Origin: a virus
Taxonomy: Duplodnaviria > Caudoviricetes
Length of the DNA stretch: 64,000 bases
Direction: 5' to 3' (one strand)
Virus record (IMG/VR): IMGVR_UViG_3300028392_002123
Below, piece after piece: positions 19,663 through 29,600 of the stretch. How positions within the stretch are numbered: position 1 is the stretch's first letter; every line of letters starts with the position of its first letter. A model generated the notes under the pieces. That model was not told the DNA's origin, ran no database searches, and saw nothing but the letters and a program-made list of their open reading frames with translations. Both the position numbers and the translations under genes were made by a program.

Positions 19663-19902
19663 TTAGCCCCATTTTAATTTATAAACAAAAGCATCTTGAT
19701 CTGTTAGCTTGGCTCGAATAGCGTATCTGTATCCGTAGGCCATATGATCAATAGATTGATGGTAAACAGGTGTTTCTACAGCGTGTTCCATCACCCATTT
19801 ACCAGCATCACTGTTTTGCCAATCCCACAAAGGTTGGGCCGCATAGATTTCCGGATCTTCTACGTCACCAACCATAAATGTATGGACAGTTATCACTAAC
19901 AT
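19663..19902 (-). CDS. Hypothetical protein
   Basis: 79 aa operonic ORF (GDVEDPEIYAAQPLWDW). Confidence 0.6.
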   Translation of the reverse strand: MLVITVHTFMVGDVEDPEIYAAQPLWDWQNSDAGKWVMEHAVETPVYHQSIDHMAYGYRYAIRAKLTDQDAFVYKLKWG

Positions 19903-20222
19903 TATTTAAAAATAATCAAAGCCATCAAACAGGCCTGGATAAAAAATCCAAATCCAATGGTAACAATGTTTAAGATATCTTTTTGAATTGTTGATTTAAC
20001 AAAAAATAAAAACAATCCCGACCATGCCAGTAATACTAAATCCACAGGCGGCGTCTTTTCAGTTAGTCCTGTTAAGATTGCCATCAAGGTAGGTATAGTA
20101 GCAAGGTGTAATAAGATTACTGCAATCCATCCTGTGGTCTCTGCACTAATTTTAGTAAAATGTTCTGTGAATGTTGTTTGAATAGAATTCAAAATTTCAT
20201 TGAGATCAAATTTAAATTTCAT
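19902..20222 (-). CDS. Hypothetical membrane protein
   Basis: Three hydrophobic segments. Confidence 0.6.
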   Translation of the reverse strand: MKFKFDLNEILNSIQTTFTEHFTKISAETTGWIAVILLHLATIPTLMAILTGLTEKTPPVDLVLLAWSGLFLFFVKSTIQKDILNIVTIGFGFFIQACLMALIIFK

Positions 20223-20827
20223 TTTTGCTTTCCTTTATTAGGTTTCGTTTCTGTTGCTACAACTACTACCTGTTTAGTATAGTTGCTGGGATTATCACTG
20301 TAAAAAATATGAGCACCTACTTTGGCCACACGTTCTTTGTTCCATTGAGGATTTACATATTCAGCATGATAATACATGGCATTTTGCAAACTAGGTAATC
20401 TAAATCCTTCTAGTAAAACCTTTTTTGCCGCTTCCATACTTTGATCATATGCTTCTTTATTTTTTGGTTTTATCCCGGCCTTGCCTTCGCAATACCAACT
20501 AAATTGACAAAGGACTTTGTCGTAGACTATGTTTTTTTGATAAACCACTTTGCAAATGTCACCGGGAAACTTGCCACTCTCGGCTCGATTCAGCGTTACT
20601 TGTGCAACAGCGGCCTTACCTTCAAAAGGCTCATAACCAGCTTCGTGGTATATGTTTTGTGCCAAACAGTCTAATTGCTTTTCTCTCACTCCAGCAGTTA
20701 TACTAGTTGGCCTCATTTTTTCAGCAGTACGTAAATTGTTCATCTTATACTCATAGGTAAAATTGATGATCCAACATACTAGGATCAATCCTAGCAATCC
20801 TGCTATTAGTTTCATGATGCGTATCAT
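20219..20827 (-). CDS. Cell-wall hydrolase, SleB/Hydrolase_2 family
   Basis: CLAQNIYHEAG.E...GKAAVAQVTLNR, IC.VVYQ, CQFSW, YYHA.YV.P.W, GAHIFY; N-terminal anchor. Confidence 0.88.
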   Translation of the reverse strand: MIRIMKLIAGLLGLILVCWIINFTYEYKMNNLRTAEKMRPTSITAGVREKQLDCLAQNIYHEAGYEPFEGKAAVAQVTLNRAESGKFPGDICKVVYQKNIVYDKVLCQFSWYCEGKAGIKPKNKEAYDQSMEAAKKVLLEGFRLPSLQNAMYYHAEYVNPQWNKERVAKVGAHIFYSDNPSNYTKQVVVVATETKPNKGKQK

Positions 20828-20897
20828 AGTTTTAAACCTCCTTTACGCAGTTATATATAATAGGCGATTAACACTTTTGCACCTAGGCAAAAGTACT

Positions 20898-20926
20898 ATT
20901 ATAACAGCCTATTTGTAGAAAGTCAA
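20898..20926 (-). promoter_or_regulatory. sigma70 promoter TTGACT-N17-TATAAT
   Basis: Read directly upstream of the SleB-like gene. Confidence 0.75.
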
Positions 20927-20936
20927 TTAAAACGGT

Positions 20937-22988
20937 TTACTTGCTAGTAGCACGGTAAACTCCGTCCCAATCTTTTGGTAAATCAACTGACTTCATTTCT
21001 TTGCAACGCTCTATCCAATTTTCATAATAATGGTTCATTTGTCCGTCAAATTCTTCCATTAGGTTGTTGCAAAGTTCGATAGCCGCATCGAATCGTTGTG
21101 TTCGATACTCAGACAACATTGCATTGTGAGTTTCTCTGGCTATTAGATAACCTGGCATCGCGCCGGCATCTGTTATCAACACGGTGTGTATATTAACTCC
21201 TTCTTTCTTGCCTTTAACGGCAATACAATCTAATTCTAAAGTAAAGAATTCATCCTTTACATATTCAGCAGTTTTCGTACCAAGTACGATTCGTACACCG
21301 TACGGTTTACTCTGGCCCTCCAGTCTGGAAGCCAAATTAACACCGTCACCGAGGCAAGTATAGTCAAAACGCTGATCACTTCCCATATTACCCACCACAA
21401 CAGTATCACTATTAATTCCAAGACCCATACCAAAAGCTGGTATGCCTTCTGCTGTAACTTCTCGATTAAATTCATCCAAACTCTCCAACATCTGCAGGCC
21501 TGTGCGTACTGCATCTTTAGCATGGTTGCCATTGTCTAATGGTGCATTCCAAAATGCCATTTGTGCATCGCCTATATATTTGTCTAATGTACCTTTATTT
21601 TCTAAAATCTTTTTTGTCATAGCAGTCATATAACGATTCATAATTTTAGTAAGTCCTTGTACATCCTTGCCATAGTGTTCACTAATTGTGGTAAAGCCAC
21701 GAACATCAGTGAACATAATACTTAGCTCTCTACTCTCGCCGCCCAGCTTTAATAACTCAGGCTGACGTTGTAGTTGTGCTACAAGATCTGGACTTAGGTA
21801 AGTTCCAAACTGTTTTTTAATCTGTTGTTTTTGTAAAAACTCACTTACAAACTTGACCCCGTAAGCATGTAAAGCAACCAAAATAATGCCGCTGACCAAC
21901 AAAGTGGAATCAAGAAGATAAAGATAATTTGAATAAGCAAACTTACTGCCGACAATAGAAAGAGCAACAATAGCAACAGTACTAGCAAGTCCAAGATAAG
22001 TCCACCTTGTTAAAAATAATAAAATAATACCCGCTATTAATATAGCAATTATTTCTGCGCCATCTGCCCAGTCGGGTCTTTGTATTATAACACCGTTGGC
22101 CAAAGTTGCTATAACCGCGGCCTGCACATGATGCGGAAATACCGCACCTATGCTCGTTGGCAAAGGATTACTAATGCCTGCGGCTGTTGGTCCTACTACA
22201 ACAATGGCACCACCAAAGTCTTTGGGCAAATCAGTCAATGACACAGATTTACTTTGCTGACTCCAATCAATCCATACGCGGCCTAAATTGTCTGTGGCTA
22301 TAGGACCAAACTTTGGAATACGCATTTTTTCAACACCACCTTCAAATAGCTTGACTTGAAAAGTAGAATCCCCAGCGGCAACACGCAACGTCTCTAGGCT
22401 TAATCCTGGGTATAACTTTTCGTTGACAGCAACCACCAGGGGTACACGACGATTAACACCATCTACTTCCGGTAATGTGTTTACTATGCCCACACCTGCG
22501 GCATTATTTTCTAATTGCGGTATGTTGGCAATCAATCCAGGATATGTGACTATTTGATCCAACCATTCGGGATTTAATACAGCACTACCTGGCACACGTG
22601 GATTATTTTTATTTTTAGAATTAGGTATACTGACTAAGACAACAGGATAGTTTTTAAGTATGGCGCCAAGATCCCTATCTCCACCAGTACGATCAGGCTC
22701 AGCCATAAGCACATTGAGAACAACAAGGCCAGCGTTGCGATGATACAGGTCTTCAATAATTTCAGCATAGTTAACCCTCGGTAACGGCCATTGGCCTAAT
22801 TTATCCAGTGCCGCTTCATCTATATTCACTGTATAGATATTGTTTTCTGTTTGTGTTTTTCCAGCGATCAATGTATCGAAATAACGCAGTCTTACACTTT
22901 CAACAAATGTAGGATCTGCGATTCTTATACCTAACACCAGCACAAGGGTTATTAGTGCTGTCCACGGACTTAGCAATATTTTTTTCAT
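20937..22988 (-). CDS. CHASE2-domain class III adenylate cyclase
   Basis: N-terminal TM, CHASE2-like region (VNIDEAALDKLGQWPLPR), three TMs, cyclase motifs FTDVRGFT, LDKYIGDA, GINSD.VVVGNMGS..RFDYT.LGDGVNLASRLEG. Confidence 0.93.
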   Translation of the reverse strand: MKKILLSPWTALITLVLVLGIRIADPTFVESVRLRYFDTLIAGKTQTENNIYTVNIDEAALDKLGQWPLPRVNYAEIIEDLYHRNAGLVVLNVLMAEPDRTGGDRDLGAILKNYPVVLVSIPNSKNKNNPRVPGSAVLNPEWLDQIVTYPGLIANIPQLENNAAGVGIVNTLPEVDGVNRRVPLVVAVNEKLYPGLSLETLRVAAGDSTFQVKLFEGGVEKMRIPKFGPIATDNLGRVWIDWSQQSKSVSLTDLPKDFGGAIVVVGPTAAGISNPLPTSIGAVFPHHVQAAVIATLANGVIIQRPDWADGAEIIAILIAGIILLFLTRWTYLGLASTVAIVALSIVGSKFAYSNYLYLLDSTLLVSGIILVALHAYGVKFVSEFLQKQQIKKQFGTYLSPDLVAQLQRQPELLKLGGESRELSIMFTDVRGFTTISEHYGKDVQGLTKIMNRYMTAMTKKILENKGTLDKYIGDAQMAFWNAPLDNGNHAKDAVRTGLQMLESLDEFNREVTAEGIPAFGMGLGINSDTVVVGNMGSDQRFDYTCLGDGVNLASRLEGQSKPYGVRIVLGTKTAEYVKDEFFTLELDCIAVKGKKEGVNIHTVLITDAGAMPGYLIARETHNAMLSEYRTQRFDAAIELCNNLMEEFDGQMNHYYENWIERCKEMKSVDLPKDWDGVYRATSK

Positions 22989-23533
22989 AGGCTAAAAGGT
23001 AACCAAATTCCTTGACCTAACAAAAGAATACCCACAACAGCAACATATAAACTTACCTTATACATCTTATTGTTAACTGCAAGAATACTGGCAGATAATA
23101 AAACGATTGCTAGTTGGAATGCCATGCTGGCAAATGTTAACCATGGGCTGTGTTTACTAGCTTCATCTCTGGCCTTTTCATAGCCCTGGGCCTTGGCCAA
23201 TAATTCTTTTTTACCTTCACCTTTTTCAGGATCAGTTTCATAGCGATCAATTTTTGCCTGTAGTTTTTCAGCCTTGACTCGTTCACCGCGAGTTATATAG
23301 TCATCACGCTGACCCTCGGCAATGGCCTGTTTGATAGATTTGGATTGAAAAAATGCGTATGTGTCTGTGGCTTTTAGTGTATTCTTTAATACAGCACCAC
23401 TGAAACTATTAGCAAAGTAAGTAGTAATAGCCATGAACAACGCCATAATAACAATGACTAATCCGGCTTTATCTTTAATTAATGCTTCGCGTTCGCTACG
23501 AGACAACGGTTTATCTAATTTTACTTCTGACAT
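22985..23533 (-). CDS. DUF4337-like membrane protein
   Basis: N- and C-terminal TM segments, ATDTYAFFQSKSIKQ motif. Confidence 0.65.
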   Translation of the reverse strand: MSEVKLDKPLSRSEREALIKDKAGLVIVIMALFMAITTYFANSFSGAVLKNTLKATDTYAFFQSKSIKQAIAEGQRDDYITRGERVKAEKLQAKIDRYETDPEKGEGKKELLAKAQGYEKARDEASKHSPWLTFASMAFQLAIVLLSASILAVNNKMYKVSLYVAVVGILLLGQGIWLPFSL

Positions 23534-23535
23534 GA

Positions 23536-23652
23536 TTAATCCTTTTTAAATGCGGCCAATACTTTTGCCTGAATGTTTTTTGCAAACTGTGGCTGAGGAA
23601 AATTCCAACCTATAAAAGCACCCAGTGCTAACCAAAATAATGTTTCTAACAT
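23536..23652 (-). CDS. 38 aa membrane peptide
   Basis: Hand-translated MLETLFWLALGAFIGWNFPQP...; GGAGG SD and upstream TAAATA. Confidence 0.6.
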   Translation of the reverse strand: MLETLFWLALGAFIGWNFPQPQFAKNIQAKVLAAFKKD

Positions 23653-23699
23653 AATTGTACCTCCCTAAAATATAAAATATTTACCAAAAACTTATTTGA

Positions 23700-24002
23700 C
23701 TACAGCTTAACATTGGCTTTTGGCTCTTTTTTCGTAGTTTTACTGTTATTCCCTGCACCTAGTACGCAGGCCGCAGATTCATTGAACTGAATCAGAGTCC
23801 AAGACTTGGTCTCTTCATTGACCAATAGTGCATATTTACTAACGGTGTCCTGTCCGGTCCAAATTGGAAATTCTCCGTATGTTGTAGTAAGAGGTCCAAT
23901 AATATTGGTAGGCGTATCACATATCAATTCTTTATCTACTGTTACGGGGTTTGGGTAAGCCAAAACAGGTAATAGTAGAACACAAGCTAATAATTGTTTC
24001 AT
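23700..24002 (-). CDS. Small secreted protein with two mature-region Cys
   Basis: Signal peptide; AGGAG SD and TAAATA upstream. Confidence 0.6.
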   Translation of the reverse strand: MKQLLACVLLLPVLAYPNPVTVDKELICDTPTNIIGPLTTTYGEFPIWTGQDTVSKYALLVNEETKSWTLIQFNESAACVLGAGNNSKTTKKEPKANVKL

Positions 24003-24024
24003 TGTGTTCTCCTTAGAAAAGTAT

Positions 24025-25161
24025 TTATTGCCCTTGATTCACAGTAATCTTAGCACATCCGCCGGCCGAAGCACAGTTACTGGTAATCGAATAAAATTGT
24101 TGTGTATTACCGCTTTGGGTTAAACTCAAGTCTTGTGCTAGCCCTGACAGACTAACCTTGGCCATATGACCAGCACTTCCCTGTTGAGTAATGTCAACAT
24201 TTTTATTGCCTCCACTTAGTGTAACTTCGGCATAGTGACTGCCACTATCCTTTTGCTGGATAGCAACTGTGTTGTTACTGTCTTGAATATTAACAAAGGC
24301 ACCTTTACCGCCGCCGGTACTTTGCTGAATAATGTTAACAGTATTATTATTACCCGATATATTTGTTTCTGTATAGTTTATTTGAGTGGATGAATTTCCT
24401 CGTTGGGTAATAGTAGTATTATTAGAAGAGCCGTTGCCGTTGTATTCAACATAATTTTGCTTGGTTCCCGACTGTTCTACTGTAATAGTATTTGCATTGC
24501 CTATTTGATCAATATATACTTTACTATCATTAGTTGTGCGAGAAGAGAATCCTAAAACCTTAGACATATTTGCAGTAGTTGCATTAAACGGTGAAGCACT
24601 ACCTCCGCAACATAAAGGTGGCGGCCCGGCCGGCTGTGCTGTTTGACCAGCGGCCAAGGGAGTGGTACTACCATTGGCGGCATACGCATTGACCTGAGCG
24701 GCTGTTGGATTCAATGTACCAGTCCACGTAACCCCGGCTGATCCAGATAGTCCAGTGGTCATACTGAATAGTTGACCAGTGTTATTATCGTTGCCTACAA
24801 AAAAGAAAAAGTCGTTGCCCATGTTAATAATATGCCCAGTACCCATGTTGTCTATGGCAGTACCGTTACTTCTGTAGTGTACAGCCAGCCAAGGATTGCC
24901 AGCGTCCTTTTGCGAGTTATCAATGAATGCTATGTAGTCGCCTGCGGCCCAAGTTATGCGGCCGCTGGTCCAGGGAATTTTGTATGCTGTGCCTGGATTC
25001 TTACTGTAGATTTGACAAGTGGTAGTGTACATACAAGCACTGACATTCCACTGACTGTCTGCAATTTGTGCTTGGCCAAACTTTAAATCAACAAGCCCTG
25101 TTGCTTGTCCAGTGGAGCATAGTGCAAATAATAAAAAAAATATTGATAAAAATCTTGTCAT
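24025..25161 (-). CDS. Secreted protein with C-terminal curlin-like repeats
   Basis: Signal peptide, about 190 aa non-repetitive domain, then N...I.Q.G..N repeats (NTITVEQSG, NTTITQRG, NTVNIIQQS, NTVAIQQK, NVDITQQG). Confidence 0.7.
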   Translation of the reverse strand: MTRFLSIFFLLFALCSTGQATGLVDLKFGQAQIADSQWNVSACMYTTTCQIYSKNPGTAYKIPWTSGRITWAAGDYIAFIDNSQKDAGNPWLAVHYRSNGTAIDNMGTGHIINMGNDFFFFVGNDNNTGQLFSMTTGLSGSAGVTWTGTLNPTAAQVNAYAANGSTTPLAAGQTAQPAGPPPLCCGGSASPFNATTANMSKVLGFSSRTTNDSKVYIDQIGNANTITVEQSGTKQNYVEYNGNGSSNNTTITQRGNSSTQINYTETNISGNNNTVNIIQQSTGGGKGAFVNIQDSNNTVAIQQKDSGSHYAEVTLSGGNKNVDITQQGSAGHMAKVSLSGLAQDLSLTQSGNTQQFYSITSNCASAGGCAKITVNQGQ

Positions 25162-26258
25162 CTTCTTAATACACCGTTATTTTGTTTTATATAAACACTA
25201 TTCCCACCACCACCTGCTCCAATTAATTCACTGGCACTGGCATCATCATGTACAATAGTTATTGATGTATTAGATTCATAGCCCTGTGTTTTTACTTCGG
25301 CATAATGATCTGTGTTAGAACGAAAGGCGATACCTTTACCTTTTAACTGAATGTCACTGGCATCTGGATTTGTCCAACTTATACAGATGCCAGTACTTGG
25401 ATTACAGCCTGTTTTTCCTGCGGCCTCAAGTAATGCTAAGATTCTAGCACGTTCGATGTCATCTGCAGATTCTTTAACTCTCTGCGCTAGTCGCCTTGCG
25501 GCTTCTGATTCAATTTCTGCATCTAGCTCTTCTTTCTTTGTGCGACCAGTATTATCACGTATAGCACGTTCAACTTCGTGTGGCCTAACAAGAATTAAGT
25601 TATTATTAATTTTACTTTCTAGTGTATTGATAACCACAGGTGCTGTTGGTCTACTGTCAAAGCTGGTAATATAAGTTGCTTCAAATGCTTTGTCTAATGT
25701 AACTACACCTGCGCCATTAGAAACAACGATAGCTCCTACTTTACAAAGATTTTCTTCTAATTCGTATTTCTTTTGCTGGCTTTCGTCTTTACAACTAGGT
25801 AAAAGAACAACTAGGCTCTGTCCCGTTTCGTCCACTGTCATTGAAAAGTCTGTGCCACGAACAGCAATGTTAGCAGTGGGTGTGTTAACTGCAACTTGTT
25901 GCGGATTATTTTTAGCAATTTGTCCACTGGCATAACGTACTGTGCCCATGGTTACTTTCATGGCCAGTTTGCCGGCATCTGATTTTTTAGGATCGTAGAC
26001 AAAGTCGTCAATGACTAATTTAGAGTTTTCGGTTATTTTAACTTTGGTATCGTCTTTGAATGTAATATTACTAGAACAAGCCTGTGTCAAATATGTGTCC
26101 ATACTTTCTATGCTTGCACCTTTAAGTCCTGGAGATTTATTTTTTCCTCTTAGCACTTCACAGGCAGATCCTTTATTGTCTGCTACAACACCAATACTAT
26201 CGCCGGCAATGGCGATAGTATTTTGTAACACTAAAAGAAAGAGAAATAATCGCCACAT
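25158..26258 (-). CDS. FecR-domain periplasmic protein
   Basis: Signal peptide; ITFKDDTKVKITENSKLVIDDFVYDP, GTVRYASG, V.TPTANIAVRGTDFSMTVDE.G.S.V.L motifs. Confidence 0.8.
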   Translation of the reverse strand: MWRLFLFLLVLQNTIAIAGDSIGVVADNKGSACEVLRGKNKSPGLKGASIESMDTYLTQACSSNITFKDDTKVKITENSKLVIDDFVYDPKKSDAGKLAMKVTMGTVRYASGQIAKNNPQQVAVNTPTANIAVRGTDFSMTVDETGQSLVVLLPSCKDESQQKKYELEENLCKVGAIVVSNGAGVVTLDKAFEATYITSFDSRPTAPVVINTLESKINNNLILVRPHEVERAIRDNTGRTKKEELDAEIESEAARRLAQRVKESADDIERARILALLEAAGKTGCNPSTGICISWTNPDASDIQLKGKGIAFRSNTDHYAEVKTQGYESNTSITIVHDDASASELIGAGGGGNSVYIKQNNGVLRR

Positions 26259-26261
26259 GAA

Positions 26262-27068
26262 TTACCTCACAATGGCAGTTGCCGCTCCGACAATAGCAGT
26301 ACTACTTGTTCTAACTGTTATAGTATTATTGCTACCTGTTGTTCGAATATCCACAGTAGTATCATTCATACCCTGTTGTTGAGTTGTAATGCTGTTAAAA
26401 CTACCAGCAATAACTTCCTTTAAATTATGACCATTGGCACCAGCTGAGTCAATCTGTTGAATATTTAATACGTTGCTGTTACCTGTGATACTAATATCAC
26501 TTACACCATTTGAACTTTTCAATTCTTTAGTGATTTGATTTAAATTTCCAGTTATCGATATAGTACTTGTAATATCATTGCCTACTAACTGTTGAAGTAC
26601 TAAATTGGTATCTCCAGTTATTGTTTCTGTCACTGTGTTACGCAAATTACTAGCATTATTAGTGTCTCCAATAGAGAGTCTAGTTAAATTGTTGATCCCA
26701 GTGACAGTACTAGAATATGAATTGTTATTACCTTGGATATTATATTGTGCTCCATTACCATTGCCATGTTGTATCAATGACAGCGTATTAGAACTGCCTG
26801 TAATTGTAGCATAGTTAGTTGAGCTAGGTGCTGCCGGTGCAACAGTTGTAATGCCGCTGGCGGATATCGAATTTGTGGCAGTTGATGCTGTTCCTCCAAC
26901 GTTGTTGGTGCCACCGACTTGTTCAATAGTAACCGTATTACTATTACCGACTTGTTCGATATAAACTTTATTTGGGCCTGTTGCAGATTGTGCAATAGCA
27001 TACGCAGTTGCAGTAGAAAGTGCAAGGCCAACTAAAGTCATTGATAACATCTTTGTCGCTTTTTTCAT
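26262..27068 (-). CDS. Curlin-like major subunit (CsgA/CsgB-like)
   Basis: Signal peptide followed by Asn/Gln/Gly/Ser/Thr-rich repeats (N.VYIEQVGNSNTVTIEQVG, NTLSLIQHGNGN, NVLNIQQI..N). Confidence 0.78.
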   Translation of the reverse strand: MKKATKMLSMTLVGLALSTATAYAIAQSATGPNKVYIEQVGNSNTVTIEQVGGTNNVGGTASTATNSISASGITTVAPAAPSSTNYATITGSSNTLSLIQHGNGNGAQYNIQGNNNSYSSTVTGINNLTRLSIGDTNNASNLRNTVTETITGDTNLVLQQLVGNDITSTISITGNLNQITKELKSSNGVSDISITGNSNVLNIQQIDSAGANGHNLKEVIAGSFNSITTQQQGMNDTTVDIRTTGSNNTITVRTSSTAIVGAATAIVR

Positions 27069-27216
27069 TTTATAACATAGATAGATTATTTTTTCTCTAC
27101 CTAAGCCCCTGGGTTAAACCCTGTTACTTACCCTGTTTATTTTGCCAGGGTGTGTGATTTTCGTACCACACACTACACAAGCAAGATCCATGCAAGAATT
27201 TTTCTTAAATCCATGC

Positions 27217-28329
27217 TTACTTAGAACCATCTTTTAAATACCTTTTTAATTCTGACCCTTTATCTTTTTTGTTGTCAACGGCCGAACTTTCTGTTTTGTT
27301 TCTTCCATCATCTTTTGGCTTGCTGGGCTCGCTCTGTGCGGATGAATCAGTGGGCTCTGCAACGGTGGCGGATGTTTTTGAGGTTTGTGTTTGAACCAAC
27401 TCATTTTTCTTCTCCTTGATTAACGGAACATCTTCTGTGTTAGAAATTGTCACAGGTCTTTCAATATGCTCTGGTAATGGCGGCATTTTTACCGCAGGTT
27501 TTTCTTCCTGGAAAGCCCAGTGGCCTTTTCTCACACCTTCTTGTATGGTATTAATCACCGCGGCTTGAACTGCTACATCAATTGCTTTGTTTATACTTTC
27601 ATTAATGCTACCGCCAATTTCTCCTTCAAGAGCAGTGGCATTTGCACCTAAATCTGTTCCGTCACCTATAAATCTTAATAATGTAATTTTATCCATATAG
27701 CTTAATACAGTTTTAGTTACCGTGGTTGTTGTTAAAATTTCTCCTGTGGCCACACTGACTGTACGCAATGTAACTGTGACAGTATCACTTTGATATTGTG
27801 TGCTGGCTCCTATGCCGAATATACGAACACCTGATCCACCTGTTAATGTATTGCTATCATAGCCAACTATGCCGCCTTCAATGATGATACCTGCAAACAC
27901 CATTGGTGGTAAAGGTTTAGCATCTTTACCTTGATATTGTTCACGGGCTTGTCTAATCATTTGACGCTCTTTGATTAGGTTATCCAAGCCAACACGTTCC
28001 AATACCATGAACCATCTTGCATCACCGGCTTCTTGTAGTGCCCTAATAAGATAACTTTCAGCACCCTGTGTAACTGCTGAACTTAAACTGGCAATGTTAG
28101 GCATTGACTTGCGTTGGCCTGTCTTATCTGTAAATCCATAAACAGCCACAGCGATTGGTCCGCCAGCAGGGGGTGCTAATTTATTCTGTTCCTTTTTCAA
28201 AAACTTACTAGTTTCTATAACGGGTTCATCAAACTGATTACCAGTCATTTTTTCTCTAACTGCGGACCCAGTGGCACACCCGGTTAAAATTGCTACTACG
28301 GCCAAGGATAAAACTGTTCTTTTCATCAT
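27217..28329 (-). CDS. csgG: Curli secretion channel CsgG
   Basis: Lipobox LTGC; VAVYGFTDKTGQRK, SSAVTQGA, WFMVLERVGLDNLIKERQMIR, IIEGGIVGYDSN..TGG.G.R; low-complexity C-terminal tail. Confidence 0.93.
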   Translation of the reverse strand: MMKRTVLSLAVVAILTGCATGSAVREKMTGNQFDEPVIETSKFLKKEQNKLAPPAGGPIAVAVYGFTDKTGQRKSMPNIASLSSAVTQGAESYLIRALQEAGDARWFMVLERVGLDNLIKERQMIRQAREQYQGKDAKPLPPMVFAGIIIEGGIVGYDSNTLTGGSGVRIFGIGASTQYQSDTVTVTLRTVSVATGEILTTTTVTKTVLSYMDKITLLRFIGDGTDLGANATALEGEIGGSINESINKAIDVAVQAAVINTIQEGVRKGHWAFQEEKPAVKMPPLPEHIERPVTISNTEDVPLIKEKKNELVQTQTSKTSATVAEPTDSSAQSEPSKPKDDGRNKTESSAVDNKKDKGSELKRYLKDGSK

Positions 28330-28339
28330 TTATATCTTT

Positions 28340-28831
28340 TCATATCTTAAATGCCGCATATGGCATTGTTAATTCTGTGTAATTGTTTGGATTATTCATA
28401 TCTACTATTCGAACAACAATGTTATTTCCAACAATACTCCAAGTAATGTTTTGTCCACCGATGTCAATATCTCCGCAAGGACCTCCAACACTCAATGGGG
28501 TACAAGTTGGAGCACTAGTAGTTGATCCAAACAAACTGTCACTGATACGTTTTGCTAGTTCACTGTAAATTCTTGTTTCTAAACTAGCTTGAAATCTTGC
28601 CTGTGGGGTGTTTGCGGCATCTCTTTCAGCGGCCGCTTTTAAAGCATCTGCCGCTGCCTTATTTTTTTCTTTTTGCTGATCTTCTAGTTGTTTAATAGTC
28701 AGCACATGACTACTATATCCAACGCCACTAAACGCTGGACTATTAAAACTATGTTGCAATTCAGCTGAATACGCATTTGTTAAAATTGACAAAATACCTA
28801 TTAGAATCATAGACTTTTTCATACGAGACAC
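28340..28831 (-). CDS. csgF: Curli assembly protein CsgF-like
   Basis: Signal peptide then AELQHSFNSPAFSG, resembling the CsgF N-terminal F.NP.FGG segment; directly upstream of csgG. Confidence 0.75.
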   Translation of the reverse strand: MSRMKKSMILIGILSILTNAYSAELQHSFNSPAFSGVGYSSHVLTIKQLEDQQKEKNKAAADALKAAAERDAANTPQARFQASLETRIYSELAKRISDSLFGSTTSAPTCTPLSVGGPCGDIDIGGQNITWSIVGNNIVVRIVDMNNPNNYTELTMPYAAFKI

Positions 28832-28963
28832 TCCTTAATTATATTTACAGTCTTAGTTAGTGGTGTAATACACAAGTTTAATCATTACAACCCTTAGTAT
28901 TAAGTACTCAGTTTATTGATTTCAAAAAACATCTAAATAGCTATAGTTAACTAGGAGACAGCC

Positions 28964-29599
28964 ATGGAATTTCTTTTTGATTTCACAGATGAAAAACTTG
29001 CAAAATGTATAAGCAAGAATAAAGATCCACACAGTTGGTATGAAGCATTGGCAGAACAACTGCCTAAATTTTATATAGTTACACCTGCAAGGGTTGCAGG
29101 TTTTATCAGTCAATGCCAACACGAAAGTGCTGATTTTACTATACTAGAAGAAAATTTAAATTATGGATGGAAAGGCCTACGCGGCCTATTTGGAAAATAT
29201 TTTCCCAATGACGATCTTGCCAAGCAGTACGAGCGCAAGCCACAGTTAATTGCCAACAAAATTTACAGCGGCAGAATGGGCAATGGGCCAGAAGCTACCG
29301 GAGACGGATTTAAATTTAGAGGTCGTGGCATATTACAAATTACAGGCCGCAGTAACTATACACAATGTAGTAGAGACTTATTCGGCGACGATACTCTAGC
29401 TGACAATCCAGATTTGTTAACTGAACCAGAATACGCTATTTTAAGTGCCTGCTGGTTCTGGCACAAAAATAGATTAAACGATATCTGCGACAAAGGCGAT
29501 GTAGTGCTACTCAGCAAACGAATCAATGGTGGTACCATTGGCTTAGAAGATCGTATACATCACTGGAACCAGTGTTTACATTCTTTCGAAAGTCAATGA
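28964..29599 (+). CDS. Glycoside hydrolase family 19 endolysin
   Basis: FISQCQHES, EENLNY, GDGFKFRGRGILQITGRSNY, SACWFW, RINGG..GL.DR. Confidence 0.9.
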   Translation: MEFLFDFTDEKLAKCISKNKDPHSWYEALAEQLPKFYIVTPARVAGFISQCQHESADFTILEENLNYGWKGLRGLFGKYFPNDDLAKQYERKPQLIANKIYSGRMGNGPEATGDGFKFRGRGILQITGRSNYTQCSRDLFGDDTLADNPDLLTEPEYAILSACWFWHKNRLNDICDKGDVVLLSKRINGGTIGLEDRIHHWNQCLHSFESQ

Positions 29600-29600
29600 G

